64,000 nucleotides of DNA from Phyllobates terribilis (GCF_046119375.1 NW_027362767.1:56854001-56918000); one strand, 5' to 3'. Shown: positions 39,969 through 52,824, numbered from the stretch's first letter. Numbers and translations are program-made. The notes: generated by a model from the sequence alone, not told the origin.

Positions 39969-42211
39969 ATTAAAAAATAAATAAATAATGATTTGTAAAG
40001 TGGAAACGCAACAAAGGATGCATTAAATTAGGTTAGGATATCAAAATTAGCTGGGTGGGAGTCTGATACCCAGGACCCTCAGCAATCAGTTACCAGGTCC
40101 CACACTGCTCCGCATACTGTATAGGGGCTGCTGCCCGGTAATCTGCTCGGCTCCCATTAAAGAGACTGGACGCGGAGCGGCAGTACCATAAACAGCCTGC
40201 GTGTTGTTCCGGCTCCGTACACTACTTACTCCTGCTCGGCGAGGATGCCGGGTGTCGGAGCTGCCACAGAATGGATATGGAAGACGAGTCCTGGACATCC
40301 CCAGGAAATAAAATTAGCTAAATGAAACCTTTCTTCTTTAAAGAAACGCACGCGGTTTCCCGATACATTTTAGAGTGAAGTAACCTAATCAGTGACGAGG
40401 GTTGCAGAGCTGAACGACATCGCACACTATTTATATTGCTATAAATGTGCAACAATAAATTTAAATTTGATAAATCTATAAAAAAACTAAATCGGAGAAT
40501 AAAATAAAATTTCAAGTTCAGAAAGAGAAAAAAAAAAAACACTCACAGGCAGGTGGTGTCCCCGAGCACTCAACCAGCAAAAGAGCCCAATAATCGAGAT
40601 CGTCCATCATTGTGTGATTGTCAGGTATCTGACCCCCACTCCGGACCACCCCAGACCAGCAGAGAAGAGCTCGGCAGAGCTGCATGTGTATATACGGCAC
40701 CGTGCCTACGGACTCCCTATTCTGCCCCCAGAAAACTCCTCTATCCAAGTAATGGATTACTGAATGGATGTACAGTACAAGTTGAAGTGTAGATGTATTT
40801 TCACAATATATGTCAAACAATATTGATCGGTGGGGGTTCAGGTGCCAAGACCCGCATGGATCAAAGAGGCAGGGGCTGCTTCCTCCACGATGGGCTCAAT
40901 AAAGAGTCTATGAGTCTTCTCAGCAGCGTTTCTGCCCCTTTGCTGTAGCCATCGTGGGGTCCCAGCACAGAGACTTGCTAAAAGTTTTATGAAAGTGTAT
41001 GTCTCGCACGTGCCCTGTAATTTACTGTCTGAATACACCAGTTACGCCCAGAGGCGATGAAACTACAATATCTGTCCTGGCAGCTGCCGACTTGTGTAAT
41101 AATTCAGTGAAAACCAATGTTAACCAGCAATCGCTGAATAAAAAGTAATTGTAAAATATGTCAAATAAACGTCTATCCTGAATTCACTAGGGAGATGTAA
41201 TGAAGGAGAGTCCCCGAGGCCGCGGGCTCAGACAGAGCATTCACCATTACATGGTCACGTACTGCACAGATCTGAAGAAAAAAGGGTCTGCGGTCTTGAA
41301 AGTACACAAGACAGAACGGGGGGCCTGTGCCCTGAGAGACATGACATGTCTGGGCCTATATAGTCTGAAAGGTGCCATAGATGTCTGCAGATATAGGGTT
41401 AATCTGCAGGCAAATAGCATTACAATCTTGGCTGGTCGCCTACTGAAAGTGTGGCTATTGGGAGAAAACGACGTTATTTCCTCCCAGAAGCCGCCGGCTT
41501 TCAGTCATGCAGCCGTGCACGGAGCAGCTACAGTCATCGCCCCAGAACTATGAGTGACAGCGGACCTGCAGAGTATCTGTGCAGAGAGGGAGCTGTCAAA
41601 GTGCAGGGACATGCTTACAGGCGCCGCTCAGTTAAGTGCATGCCTCCTTGACTGAAAGCCGGCGGCTCCCAGAAGGAAAATAAGTTCATTTTCTCCCAGT
41701 AGTGGAATAATATTGTGACACTATTTACCTGCAGATAAGCAGAATTTTCCAAGGCGACAGGTTCCTTTTAACCATACTACCTTCATTAGCCATATTCATA
41801 GTCACCACTGGAGTGAAAGAACAGGAATAACAAGGTTAAAGGGGATGTCCGGTGCCTGTCACTCCTGCATCAGAAGGTGAGTGGGGTCCATGACGTCGCG
41901 CCTACACATACCTGCCGATCGTGCACAAATGCCGGCATGTATAGATAAGTCACCGACACAGCTAACTTCTTGATATGGAAGTGACACTGAGCAGCCCCTT
42001 TAAGATCTAATGTATAATTCCAAACAGAGAGGTCATTAACCATCTCATGAAAGCTTTGAGATTGCAGATGATCCTCAAATAAACACTAAATGTTCTGCCA
42101 GCACAATGCTGCACAATAGCGGGATCGGCTACATGATCAGGTCCAGAGAGGCACCGACCTCACAGCACAGACCGATCCACGGCCACGTACCAGCCAGCGG
42201 CCAGGACTCAC

Positions 42212-42370
42212 CTGTATGTAGGACTTCTGCACAGCTACCAACTCCTCTCCCAGGGGCACCACAAACTTCTCCAGCAGCCTCTCGTGGGAGTAAGGCTGAA
42301 TGTCCGGGGAGTCCTCTGAGCGCAGCTCTATCCGGCTGATCAGCAGGTTTGATACGACTTGCTGGACAGA
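42212..42370 (-). CDS. FANCM: FANCM exon 4 (159 nt)
   Basis: ttctag|SVQQVVSNLLISRIELRSEDSPDIQPYSHERLLEKFVVPLGEELVAVQKSYIQ|GTGAGT. Confidence 0.93.
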
Positions 42371-43334
42371 CTAGAAGAAGGATAAAAAAAAAAAAAAAAA
42401 GGATTTAGAGATTCCCTTTAATTTCCAGATTAAGACCCTATTTGTGTATGTCATTACTGGAGCATCACACTGCTCAGGGGTCAGATGTGTGCTTCTCTGG
42501 GGTCTACGCTGCTCAGGGGTCAGATGTCTACTTCTCTGGGGTCTACGCTGCTCAGGGGTCAGATGTCCGCTTCTCTGCGGTCTACACTGCTTGAAATATC
42601 TAGATTTTGGCAATGACATTGAGCAGTTATTATCAATCCGGTGTGGAATAAAATCTGAACGCTTCTGTATAATACTTTAAAGGGTCCAGATGCACTAACG
42701 CGGAGGGTTGTAAGGTCCCTAAAGCTGTAGAGAGATTCATCCCTCCATCCCTACAATACACAAGGCTGCAGTATTGACCAGCAAACGGAGGTGCAGATGT
42801 GCCCACAGTGAACCATAGCTACCTTACTATGGATTGATGTAACATGAACCCGTAGGATGGCAGTGTATGTGCTCGGACCGCTCTGGTGTCATGGCTTCCG
42901 TCCAGCTACATGCAGCCGATCAGATCTCTGCATCATGGACTCCTGTAGGTATCGCGAGGTGTGGGAAAGGAATACAGAGCTTTGTGCTAATCAAATATCC
43001 CTTTGAAGGGGGTGTCCACTACTGGAAAACTTTTCTACATAGCTCCCAGATGAACGACGCTCCTGAGTCCTTGTTACATCACGTGACCACTGAGGTCGTT
43101 CAGCAGCCGCAGCCTTCACTATTCCATCCAAGCAGATTTCCATTATGACAGAGGGGCCGCCGCTGAACGAGGGGCCGCAGAGGGACCGCCGATATAATGT
43201 GACAAAGTTAGGTGACCGCCGGGAGATGGCAGTCTGGACATAGTGCGTACACAGATGTGAGCTGGTTGGCTTGGGTATAGAAGGTCCATGTGTGACCAGC
43301 TATGGTCAATACTCCAGACATGACATATCCTCAC

Positions 43335-43412
43335 CTTGGTATCACTGCCAGGGGTGGCGCTGAGAGCCAAGATCCGAAACTGTGTGGTATAATTACTCAG
43401 CTCTCGTACAAC
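43335..43412 (-). CDS. FANCM: FANCM exon 3 (78 nt)
   Basis: ttccag|VVRELSNYTTQFRILALSATPGSDTK|GTGAGG; helicase motif III SAT. Confidence 0.94.
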
Positions 43413-43660
43413 CTGGAAAAAAAGAGGAATTAATATAGCCCTGCACAACTCAAAGGTTGGAATAAAAAAGGGATTGCTTTTTTTCCCCTGTGAAATAGCA
43501 CCACTAATGATCTTAAGGCGTCTTCTGGTATTGCAGCATTCCAGTAAATAAAGCTAAGCTGTAATAGCTAAGAAAAAAGTGGTGCAGTTACAGAAAAAAA
43601 ATACAGTCAGAGGAAAGTAGATGGTCAGCGCCAGGGAGGGAGCCCTGTCCTCCAGCTTAC

Positions 43661-43833
43661 CTGACAATAGGCATAATTGCCAAGGGACTTATGAGCCTCA
43701 TCGATGACCAGGCACTTGATGTCGCTGGCCGGACAGGCGCCACGGGTAAGATCATTCACCATGATTTGAGGGGTTAGGAAGAAGACTCTATGTTTCTGCC
43801 ATATTCCTTTCCGGTTATGAGCCTGGGTGGCTC
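43661..43833 (-). CDS. FANCM: FANCM exon 2 (173 nt)
   Basis: (G)ATQAHNRKGIWQKHRVFFLTPQIMVNDLTRGACPASDIKCLVIDEAHKSLGNYAYCQ|GTAAGC; DEAH motif. Confidence 0.95.
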
Positions 43834-44774
43834 CTGTAAGGAGGGGGACAATACAGAGACGGCGATCAGGACAAGGATAAGGAGTGCAGAGAACACGGCA
43901 AAAAGGAATAAACAAGTCATGGGGTATTACCATATTCATCCCCATTATGTTTATAGGAATTAAAGGGGATAAATCACCAATTATCTGCGTACTGTATGTA
44001 TTGAAGAGCTGTCTTATGTCTGATGAGGATGGTGTACTACAGCGGAAGCAGGGAAGAGACTCATGCTGGATACGTGGATGATCAGCAGCAGAGAGGAAGG
44101 ACACTGAGGAGATGTCAGACAGGGTGGAGATCAAGTTTATATTTCACAAAGGACTGATTATACAGCCAGCCATTTTGATACGATTTTTTTTTTTTTTTTT
44201 AAAGTACACCAGCCTCATCAGGTCTAAGAGATGCATAAAATAATGTATGCAGCCTCTGTAGTGGGATAGATACACCCATTTGGACATAAATTTTCCAAGT
44301 ACAGTAAGTACACAAGCCTCATTTGATCTGTCTCTTAGGCCAAATGAAGCTTGTGTACGTACTTTGAAAACATATAAACCAAATGGCTGGATAACCCCTT
44401 TCCCCACCTGATATTAAAACGCTAAAAATGTAAGACTATTGTCAGGAAGAATTATAGAGCCATTCAGACCGTGATTTTTGAAAAGAGTACACTGGTCTGA
44501 TCAGGTCTAAGAAATGTATCTAATAATTTATGCAAATTTATTGACCAATTTGATTAAAAATCACCATTTTGTTTTATTTAACCACCAAAGAGTGATCACT
44601 AATGCATGTTCTTAGCCCTTAGTATTATCCTTACCAGCTGTTGTCTTCTGCACTTCCCGGCGCCAGTCCGGCCATATTGTGACCACAGCTCCTGACTGAC
44701 CAGAAGTCAGAGGTAACGGCCACAAGCTCTCAGTGTAGTCTATGAGACATTCGTTCTGGCTCTCATAGATTTAC

Positions 44775-45024
44775 AAGGCGAGCGGAGAGGGGCCGGCGAC
44801 AGAAGGCGAGCGGAGAGGGGCCGGCGACAGAAGGCGAGCGGAGAGGGGCCGGCGACAGAAGGCGAGCGGAGAGGGGCCGGCGACAGAAGGCGAGCGGAGA
44901 GGGGCCGGCGACAGAAGGCGAGCGGAGAGGGGCCGGCGACAGAAGGCGAGCGGAGAGGGGCCGGCGACAGAAGGCGAGCGGAGAGGGGCCGGCGACAGAA
45001 GGCGAGCGGAGAGGGGCCGGCGAC
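44775..45024. repeat. 28-bp minisatellite, about 9 copies, inside a MITE-like element
   Basis: AAGGCGAGCGGAGAGGGGCCGGCGACAG repeated. Confidence 0.95.
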
Positions 45025-45302
45025 GGCGGCTGGTAAGAATGCTACTACAGGAAGTGAACATGCACTGAGCACAATCAGACAGATCAGGTCTGTAACTCTT
45101 ATCTCTCTTCTCCTGAACCATCCTCCAAGCTAAATTATGACCAAATTAATCTTTTTTTTTAATAAAAAAAAGCCTATCTGACGTGTTTGCCAGGTTTTTC
45201 TTTTGTTTCTTTCTATTTTCCTCATTACAAGCAGAGTTTGACGGTGTCAGATATTCTCACCTGATTCAAAAGCAACTTTAAAAAGTCGCAAAATGTACTT
45301 AA

Positions 45303-45665
45303 AAGGTGCATTTCCATCTACAATATCCTATCCCAATATGTAGAAGGTGTAATAATAATAATATTAGCAAATACATCCGATTAGAAATTTATTATAGTTT
45401 TTCTGATTCACTAAGTCACTTACCCCATGTGCAGGGCATTGCAGTAGCTTAGGTATCCAGGGCTATAACCACTAGCAACTAGCTGTCACTATATGAGTGG
45501 TCGTAACCATGGATACCTAAACCACTGCAATGCCCTGCACATGAGGTAAGTGACATAGCTAACCAGAAGAACTATACTACATTCCTAATTGGAGGTATTT
45601 GCTAATATTATTATTATTACACCTTCTTCATACTGGGATAGGATCTTGGAGAGGGGAATACCCCT
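45303..45665. mobile_element. Palindromic T2-type MITE, same family as 26616-26974
   Basis: Shared arms ATCCTATCCCAxTATG...GATAGGATCTTGGAGA..GGAATACCCCT. Confidence 0.8.
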
Positions 45666-45783
45666 CGTCTCCTTTCTATCCATCTGGGAGTGATTTTTTT
45701 GTACAACTGAAATTTTAGTGGAAAACTGGTTTACAAGAAGAAGACAGGTGTGGATCCTGGTGGTCCCCGCCCCGATCCCTTAC

Positions 45784-46387
45784 CCGTCATCTCCGCCATG
45801 TGCGCCTGAGGAATCCCCATCACCCGGAAACAGGCCTCGATCTGCTGCGCCACCAGCGGCTTGGTGGGAGCCATGAAGATGATCTTGCCGGACGGGTACC
45901 AGCGGTAGAAGTTATACATGACCACGGCGGCGATGAAGGTCTTGCCCAGGCCAGTGGGCAGACACACCAGGGTGTTGTGCAGGAGCGCGGTGTGCGCCAT
46001 GCTTTGCTGGTACCCCCGCACCGGGCAGTTTGTGGGGTAGATCCAGACGCTGCCGGCTGACAGGTCGAAACCGGGCAGATTGCAGATGTCAGTGGCAGCA
46101 GGAGGCGGACACAAGGGGGCGACATCGCAGCTGCCCGGCTCTGGGCGCACACCGACACTACTCTCACCAGGATTTATACCCTGCTCAGCCTCATACACAG
46201 CAACCAGCAAAACGTCATCATCCTCCTGGGGCCACAGGTTTGAACTGGCCCTTAGAGGGGGCCCCTGGGAGGACACATTCCTGCCCTTGCTTGCAGCCTT
46301 CCCCTTCCTCTTCTTAGCCCCGGGCTCCGCAGGTCTCTTAGGCTCTGAGCCCCACGTCTGGAACAAAGTCCTCTGCTTCCCGTTCAT
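45784..46387 (-). CDS. FANCM: FANCM exon 1 (604 nt coding)
   Basis: MNGKQRTLFQTWG...WIYPTNCPVRGYQ...LVCLPTGLGKTFIAAVVMYNFYRWYPSGKIIFMAPTKPLVAQQIEAC...HMAEMT G|GTAAGG; Walker A motif and FANCM N-terminus. Confidence 0.96.
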
Positions 46388-46596
46388 TCCTGCAGCTCCA
46401 TGGATGTAAACACTACAATATTGAAGAAAAAAAAAGGCGCCCGGGAAACACGTCACGACCGGAAGTGACGCACAGCGCTGTAATATGCCCTCATCCAATA
46501 TGGCGGCGGCAGCGCATTAGTCACGTGATAGTTTCTTCCGTTTTTTTTTTTTCTTCAATAAAGTTTTATTGAAAGTAAAAAAAAAAAGCACGTGTC
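46388..46596. promoter_or_regulatory. Bidirectional FANCM-FKBP3 promoter
   Basis: 209 bp between the divergent ATGs; CCGGAAGTGAC (ETS/GABP-like), ATGGCGGCGG (YY1-like), GTCACGTGA (E-box). Confidence 0.8.
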
Positions 46597-46707
46597 ATGG
46601 CAGCTGCAGGGGAACCAGTGAGAGAGTGGAGCAGCGAGAAGCTGCACAGTGAGGAGCTGCCCAAGAAGGATGTCATCGCCTTTCTACAGCAGCATGCGTC
46701 CGAAGCG
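46597..46707 (+). CDS. FKBP3: FKBP3 (FKBP25) exon 1 of 7
   Basis: MAAAGEPVREWSSEKLHSEELPKKDVIAFLQQHASEA|GT. Full CDS join(46597..46707,47407..47508,48204..48311,48408..48543,49110..49177,49261..49358,50443..50497) is 678 nt, 225 aa. Confidence 0.95.
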
Positions 46708-47406
46708 GTACACGGGGGGGGGAGGCTTGTGGGACTACAACTCCCAGCTGAAGCGTCAAAGCTGGTTGCATTAATCCTTTAAAAAAAAGTAAAAAATACC
46801 TAAAAACATAAAAAAAACAATAGGGTTTAGTAAAATCTCACCTGCATCATGGAGTCATTGGCTTGTGCTCAATAGCGCCACCTAATGGGTGAGGCGAAGA
46901 GTGGGGGAAGGGAGCTGACAACGGCGGTGAGCGCATTCCTGGCCCGGGCTAGTGGTTGTCAGTAGTAATGTGCTATACCGCCCCCTATGGGCAGCAGCGT
47001 ATATAAACAATAGCTGTTATTAGAGGGGATCTGACAGTACCGGCAGGGATCCCTTTTATTCATGTTCTTGCAAAAATTAGTGCCTCCGTATAGTGAGCGT
47101 CACATAGGGTCTTATAGCAAATTTCTGGACCCCAAGTAAAGGGTTAAGTCCCCTTTAAATCATAACTCGTTCACTCTCCAACCTTCGTGTGTAGGGGGTG
47201 ACGCCGCTGATCTCCAGAAATGAGCTCAATCCATCATGTGCCTAGATCTATCGTCCCCCCCCCAGTCTATTCTTACTTCCCCTGAACCTCAGTGGAAATA
47301 TCATGGAGCGCCCCCCGCTGTCTGGATCGGAGCAGCCCAGCATGATAGGAGTTGTAGTTCCAACGGCAGAAGACGGATTATTCATCTGTAACCTTTTCCT
47401 CCCCAG

Positions 47407-47508
47407 TTTCTTGCAGAACATAAATTACTCGGAAACATAAAAAATGTGGCAAAAACCGCCAAGAAGGAGCATCTGATTGCCGCCTACGAAAAACTCTTCG
47501 AGTCTAAG
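47407..47508 (+). CDS. FKBP3: FKBP3 exon 2
   Basis: [34 protein letters not shown]|GTGAGT. Confidence 0.96.
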
Positions 47509-48203
47509 GTGAGTGCTGATCCGTACGACGACAACGATGGGAGGTGTAGTCGTTATTGCACTCATACATGTGGCAAAGCTCGTTCATTCCTGACATGTCT
47601 GTATAGCAAGTACCTGATTTAAAAAAAAAAAAAAAAAAAAATTATTTTAAGAACTACTATCGTTCCCCTGTTATTCCTCCTGGAAATGAATGAATAAATT
47701 GATAATGGGGCGTCGTCATTCAATTTCTCCTCAGTCTGATACTTCTGGCAGTGAAATCTATTGACAATAGAGAAAAGTAAAATTTACAGGCGGAATAAGA
47801 GTCACATCAGACGAGGGGGTCTTCTAATCACATGATCGCTGCAGCCAATAACAGGCTACAGTGGTCTTGTTGATATCTAAGCGGCACAGACCTCCGGAGC
47901 TGCCTGCACTGGATCCAAAGGGATGACGGAAGGTGACCAGCCCTCAATATCCGAGTGTAGAGGGGGCGATTCTGCACCACTTTCGATCAGCTGTTAAAGG
48001 GGCCGCGGCGCACCCTGGATCCTCATCTGTTTACCTGCATATAGGGTGCTGCCGACACTTTAAGCAAGTGATCAGTGAGAGTGGGACCCCCCCACACCAG
48101 TCTGATATCAAGTCATCAATATTTTGAACCTGAAAGACCCCCTTTTAAATGTAAGAAATAGTAAATTTCGTTGACCCTATGCCTCCTTTTTCTGTGGTTT
48201 CAG

Positions 48204-48311
48204 CGATTTAAAGGAAAGGACAGTGTGGAGCAAGTGACCAAAGATGTGAAAGATCTCAAGGTCAACGAGGAAAAAGCCCCCGAAGCAAAGTCAGAAGAAG
48301 TTGTGGATGAT
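48204..48311 (+). CDS. FKBP3: FKBP3 exon 3
   Basis: RFKGKDSVEQVTKDVKDLKVNEEKAPEAKSEEVVDD|GTAAGC. Confidence 0.94.
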
Positions 48312-48407
48312 GTAAGCCTTTTTTATTTTTTTCTGTGTTTTTTCTATAAATATATGTATATATAGTGTGTGTGTGTGTGTAATTAATATCTTCTCTTTAA
48401 TCTATAG

Positions 48408-48543
48408 GGCCCCCCAAAATACACGAAGTCCATTCTGAAAAAAGGGGATAAAACCAATTTCCCAAAGAAAGGGGACACCGTTCACTGCTGGTACACCGGG
48501 ACTCTGGAGGACGGCACCGTGTTTGACTCTAATATCCCCACCA
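48408..48543 (+). CDS. FKBP3: FKBP3 exon 4
   Basis: GPPKYTKSILKKGDKTNFPKKGDTVHCWYTGTLEDGTVFDSNIPT A|GTAAG. Confidence 0.97.
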
Positions 48544-49109
48544 GTAAGAGATGTGCTCTGTTATTAAGCATCTTCTATAAAGTTACTTTAGAAAACTTTC
48601 TCCACTTTTCCATATTTGTCTGATATTGCAGTATGTACATGGAAATGTCTGAGCTGCAATACCAGACATGGCCTATGGACAGAAGTGGAGCTATTCTTAG
48701 GTGGAAAAAATAAAAAGCAAACCCAGTTTGTAATCTCATAAAATCTGATAAAGTTCTTAAAGATTGAATGTTTGATTAAGTGCAGCTCGCCTGTTAGGTG
48801 CCTGGTTTCCCAGTTCACACTGAATGGAGAGGTGGTGCGCCTGGCCCCGCGGGACGAGCAGATACAGCTGAGCTGTAAATATTAAAGGGTTATTCCTAGC
48901 AGGAAGCCATCACGGCCGACCGGGGGGGGGGGGGGGGGGGCCCACTGGGCCAGGTTCATGTAAATCGGGGCTTTCTTTTGTATCCAATTCTGGCACAGAA
49001 AACTGCAGCCTAAACCTGCTAGTGTGATTTCAGCCCCTGTGCATTTATAAAAAATGATAGAGAAGCCAAAAAATAAACAATCCTTCCTTCCTACTATTTG
49101 CTTTACCAG

Positions 49110-49177
49110 GTTCAAAGAAGAAAAAAGCTGCCAAGCCCCTCAGCTTTAAAGTTGGCGTTGGTAAAGTTATAAGAGGG
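49110..49177 (+). CDS. FKBP3: FKBP3 exon 5
   Basis: (S)SKKKKAAKPLSFKVGVGKVIRG|GTGAGT. Confidence 0.96.
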
Positions 49178-49260
49178 GTGAGTATTAGTGCACACAACAC
49201 ATCCATGCTAATATCATGGGAGGATAATGCGGCATCTGAACTGGTTTGCGTTTCTTACAG

Positions 49261-49358
49261 TGGGACGAGGCGCTTCTCACTATGAGCAAAGGAGAAAAAG
49301 CCAAACTGGAAATCCAATCCGAATGGGCTTACGGTAAAAAAGGGCAACCTGATGCGAA
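49261..49358 (+). CDS. FKBP3: FKBP3 exon 6
   Basis: WDEALLTMSKGEKAKLEIQSEWAYGKKGQPDA AA|GTATCCTTTT. Confidence 0.96.
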
Positions 49359-50442
49359 GTATCCTTTTATCTGGGGGTGGGATTAGGTTTTCCAGAACCA
49401 TTTCTCAGTTTCTTCATGAACAGCCTTCCGCTTTGTAAGTTTTCATTCTGTACTTGACTCCTTATGGGGCAAGGAAAAGATATGGTTTTTTTTTTTTTTT
49501 TTCATTGTTTTTTTTCACCAACGCTATAATATTAGCTAGTTGTTCGGTGGTCACCCAGAAAGGGAGGCAAGAGATCACCAGTATGTAAACATGCAGGCAT
49601 CAATGCCACAAATTGGTAGATGCATAGCTGTAGAACAAAACTGTATAGTTACTAAAAAAAACATGAGCTTCAAGGTCTATTTTGACTTTTTCCTCGGCTA
49701 CAGAAAAAAATGCTCTAATTCAAGTTGCGTATTTTTCTTCTATCGTTTTCTGGAAATCCTACGTTAGACCAGTACAGCATCCCAAGGCCAGCGCTGTCTG
49801 CTGGGAGGTTACTGATTATCCTCTCTGTATCATTGTACGATCAGGAAGGCTGAATGGTCGTTATCTCATATTATAAGTGTGACAGGAGCTGTGCAATCAT
49901 CATCATTACCTTTGATATAAGCTTATATTCCTGCCTCTTGTAAATCTTCGACCATACAGTCCATTTAATTGCATCGTGCAGGCAGTTGTGGTGACCTCCT
50001 TCATAGAGGATAATCTCATGAAATTCCAGAAAAAGGTGATCACGTTAGATAAGGAAAGGAACAACTACGTATTTGTTAACCGGTTCGATTGACCTCTTTT
50101 TTACGTGTACCTGAGGAAGTCGGATTGATCTTGAAGCATGTAGAACAGTTTTACTGAATACACTTTAGTTTGTTCTGCCGTAATTTTACTCATCCATGTT
50201 GCCTGGTAAGTGAAAGACGCGCGCCGGAGGCCGGGACCGATGCCGAAGTTCGCTCCTGCCACAGATTGCCGAACCATGCAGTTCAAATTGAGTTTCTCAT
50301 TATGACCGGATAGTGGTTGTATTTTCTCATCTGCGAGCCCGGATTAGTTTGGGTCCCGAAATTGGGATTTACAGTTGTAGTATGGGCGAGGGGGGTAGTG
50401 ACATTGTGAAATAGCCCAATTTTTCTTAACGCCATCACCCAG
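49359..50442 (+). other. U12-type (minor spliceosome) GT-AG intron of FKBP3
   Basis: 5' splice site GTATCCTTTT; branch point TTTTCTTAAC ending 12 nt before the 3' end of the intron. Confidence 0.88.
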
Positions 50443-50497
50443 AATCCCTCCTAACGCCAAACTCTTCTTTGAGGTTGAATTGGTCAGCATTGAATGA
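50443..50497 (+). CDS. FKBP3: FKBP3 exon 7 (last coding exon)
   Basis: (K)IPPNAKLFFEVELVSIE*. Confidence 0.96.
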
Positions 50498-52698
50498 GAC
50501 GCTTCTTGAATTTTGATCTAAAAGTCGAATGTGAAAACCTTGTTTACAAAGCTGCTGCTGCTGTATAAAGCGGATGACGGACGTCTACCGGCCGGCGCCC
50601 CCGTGTGCCTCGTACAGTCCGCTCTTCTGACACCTCTGTCTTAGTAAAAACCTTATACTCCCCATCAAGTAGTAATGCTGGAATCTTTTCTCTGCGTGCT
50701 GCGGGGCCTTGGTTATCCTTCCGAAGTCAATATGGCCGGATTATCACATCCACGGTGCACAGACCCATCTCTGCAGACAAGCCGTGCGCCTCTTCACCTA
50801 AACGCAACAGCGTTATATAAGGCTGGCAATCCATGCATCGCGGTCCAACACATGTATGTCCCATGTAAGGGTATCTGCATTTCATGTCTCCGATTCTTCA
50901 AAGCTTTTATACTCAAATAGTGACGTAAAACCTTTGAAAAGCCACATTTTGGTGCAAGTCGTTTGCGCCAAAATTTTGCAATTTTTGGAGGTTTAACACC
51001 TATTCTCCCAGCATCGCCGAAATGGGTAAAGTTGGGGTGGGACAGGGCCGCAACACTACAGCTCATCTAATTCATGAACAGTGACGTTCCGTATGCCAGA
51101 AATCTAACTCCAGTCTCTGCCTGGAGCAAAATTTCTGGCGAGGTGCAAGCCTGTGTTCAGACGCTCCTGATTCATGAAGAGGCATATCTGGCACAACTAC
51201 TGCCCAAGAAACATCGCCGCTCTTGATTAATCAAAGCTGATGTCTTTAAGACGCCGGAGGAACCGCTAGAGTTTTCCTAGGCAAAGCCACTTTAGGAAAA
51301 AAAAGCCGGCCGTCTTTTACCCAAAGTGGTTTCGCTGGTAGGTTTTGTTGCTTCCACTTTAAAGAGTAAGCGGCTTTAGAAAGGAGCCTGAAAAATGAGC
51401 AGGTTGGTGTTTTCCAAACCTGATGGGGTTAAAAGAAGTAGCAAAGGTGTGAACAGGTGCACAGCAATGTGTTTTTTACATTGCTGTGCATTATGCACTT
51501 TTTCAGGGGCAATCCGCCTGAAAAAGACGCCGTGTGCACATACTGTCAGATCCAGACTGCACCAGCCCAAGTCCAAATTGCTGCCTATGCAGAAAGTATG
51601 AGTCTAGTATTGGACTTTGTGGACTGTGTAAAAATGGGTCCTTTTTTTGTGGCCGACTCCAAAATCCTATGGGTAGAGTCTAGGCAGCTGTGGGGCTCTA
51701 ACCAGCTCCCCCTGCACTGTGCCCACCACTGGGGCAGGTAACCATTGGATGTTGCGGCACATTACACCTATGAAATAGGGTCCGGACACTTCTCACAGCT
51801 CAGGAAGTTACCAGATTACTCAGTACAAGCTGCATAAGTTATTAACTCAATCTTAGACCTGAAGAGACTGGTGTACTTGCTTTGAAAATAAACATCAGAA
51901 TGTCCATATCTGTTACACAGATGAGCATTCCCAGCTAGGGCTGGACTCCTAAAATGCTCATTTTCGTTTCATGTGGGAAAACATTTGATAAGGATTCTGC
52001 CACCATTCTGATGTGGATTTTTTTTTTTTAAAAAGTAAGTACACCTTAGACCTCATAACATATTTTTTTTATAATGTCTGCATGGGCCATGGACAGAGTC
52101 AATTTTTTTTTTAATTGTACCTTCCTCTAGCCATGGTAGAGGATCAGTTTGGGGCTATGTGATATTGGGGTGCTCTGGAACCTTTGCCTATTCTTTCCAT
52201 GGTAATGAATGGGATCAGTTTTAGGTTCCTTTTTCATCACAGGTTGGGGTTCGGTGCTTATGTAGTATGTATTGCCCATGGCGCAGAACTACCAGCAACC
52301 AAAGCTATGCATCATTTATGGTCCATATAGCAGGAATCAGCAACCAACAGCTGCTATACTACAACTACCAGAATGCCATATAGCGCCACCAGGTGGCTGA
52401 TCCCTGCAATATAGTTTGCCAAGACTCTTGGGTTGTAATGGATGAATTTTTGCTTTAACATCTGTCTCTGTCCAGGATAAAACAAACACCAGACCCCCGT
52501 TATGTCACGAATGACATTAAACAGACGCAGAATCAACTTGTCTTTGAAAAAAGCTGATGTTTTATTAGCGAAATGATTTACATATGTAAAATTGTTTTGT
52601 TTTTTGAGACACAATTGATTCTACAAAAATCTCTAAAATTAAACCTGAATTTAGATATTCCATCCCTGATACACCTGCCGAGAAGAAGACACCTCAAA

Positions 52699-52824
<126 letters not shown>

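Noticed and set aside
37280-39970. 896-aa and 858-aa Gly/Arg/Glu-rich ORFs on the minus strand
   Set aside because: Translation of a 32-bp tandem repeat; the same peptide cycles through all frames.
40547-40628. Candidate minus-strand exon with a GTGAGT donor downstream of FANCM exon 4
   Set aside because: Weak acceptor and no FANCM or other recognisable peptide in any frame.
46388-46498. Upstream in-frame ATG extending FANCM by 37 aa
   Set aside because: It falls within the bidirectional promoter. The extension has no FANCM similarity, and MNGKQRTLFQTW matches the conserved start.
52110-52150. Minus-strand LYHG peptide resembling a FANCM exon motif
   Set aside because: It is followed immediately by a stop and lies upstream of the FANCM start, so it is coincidental.
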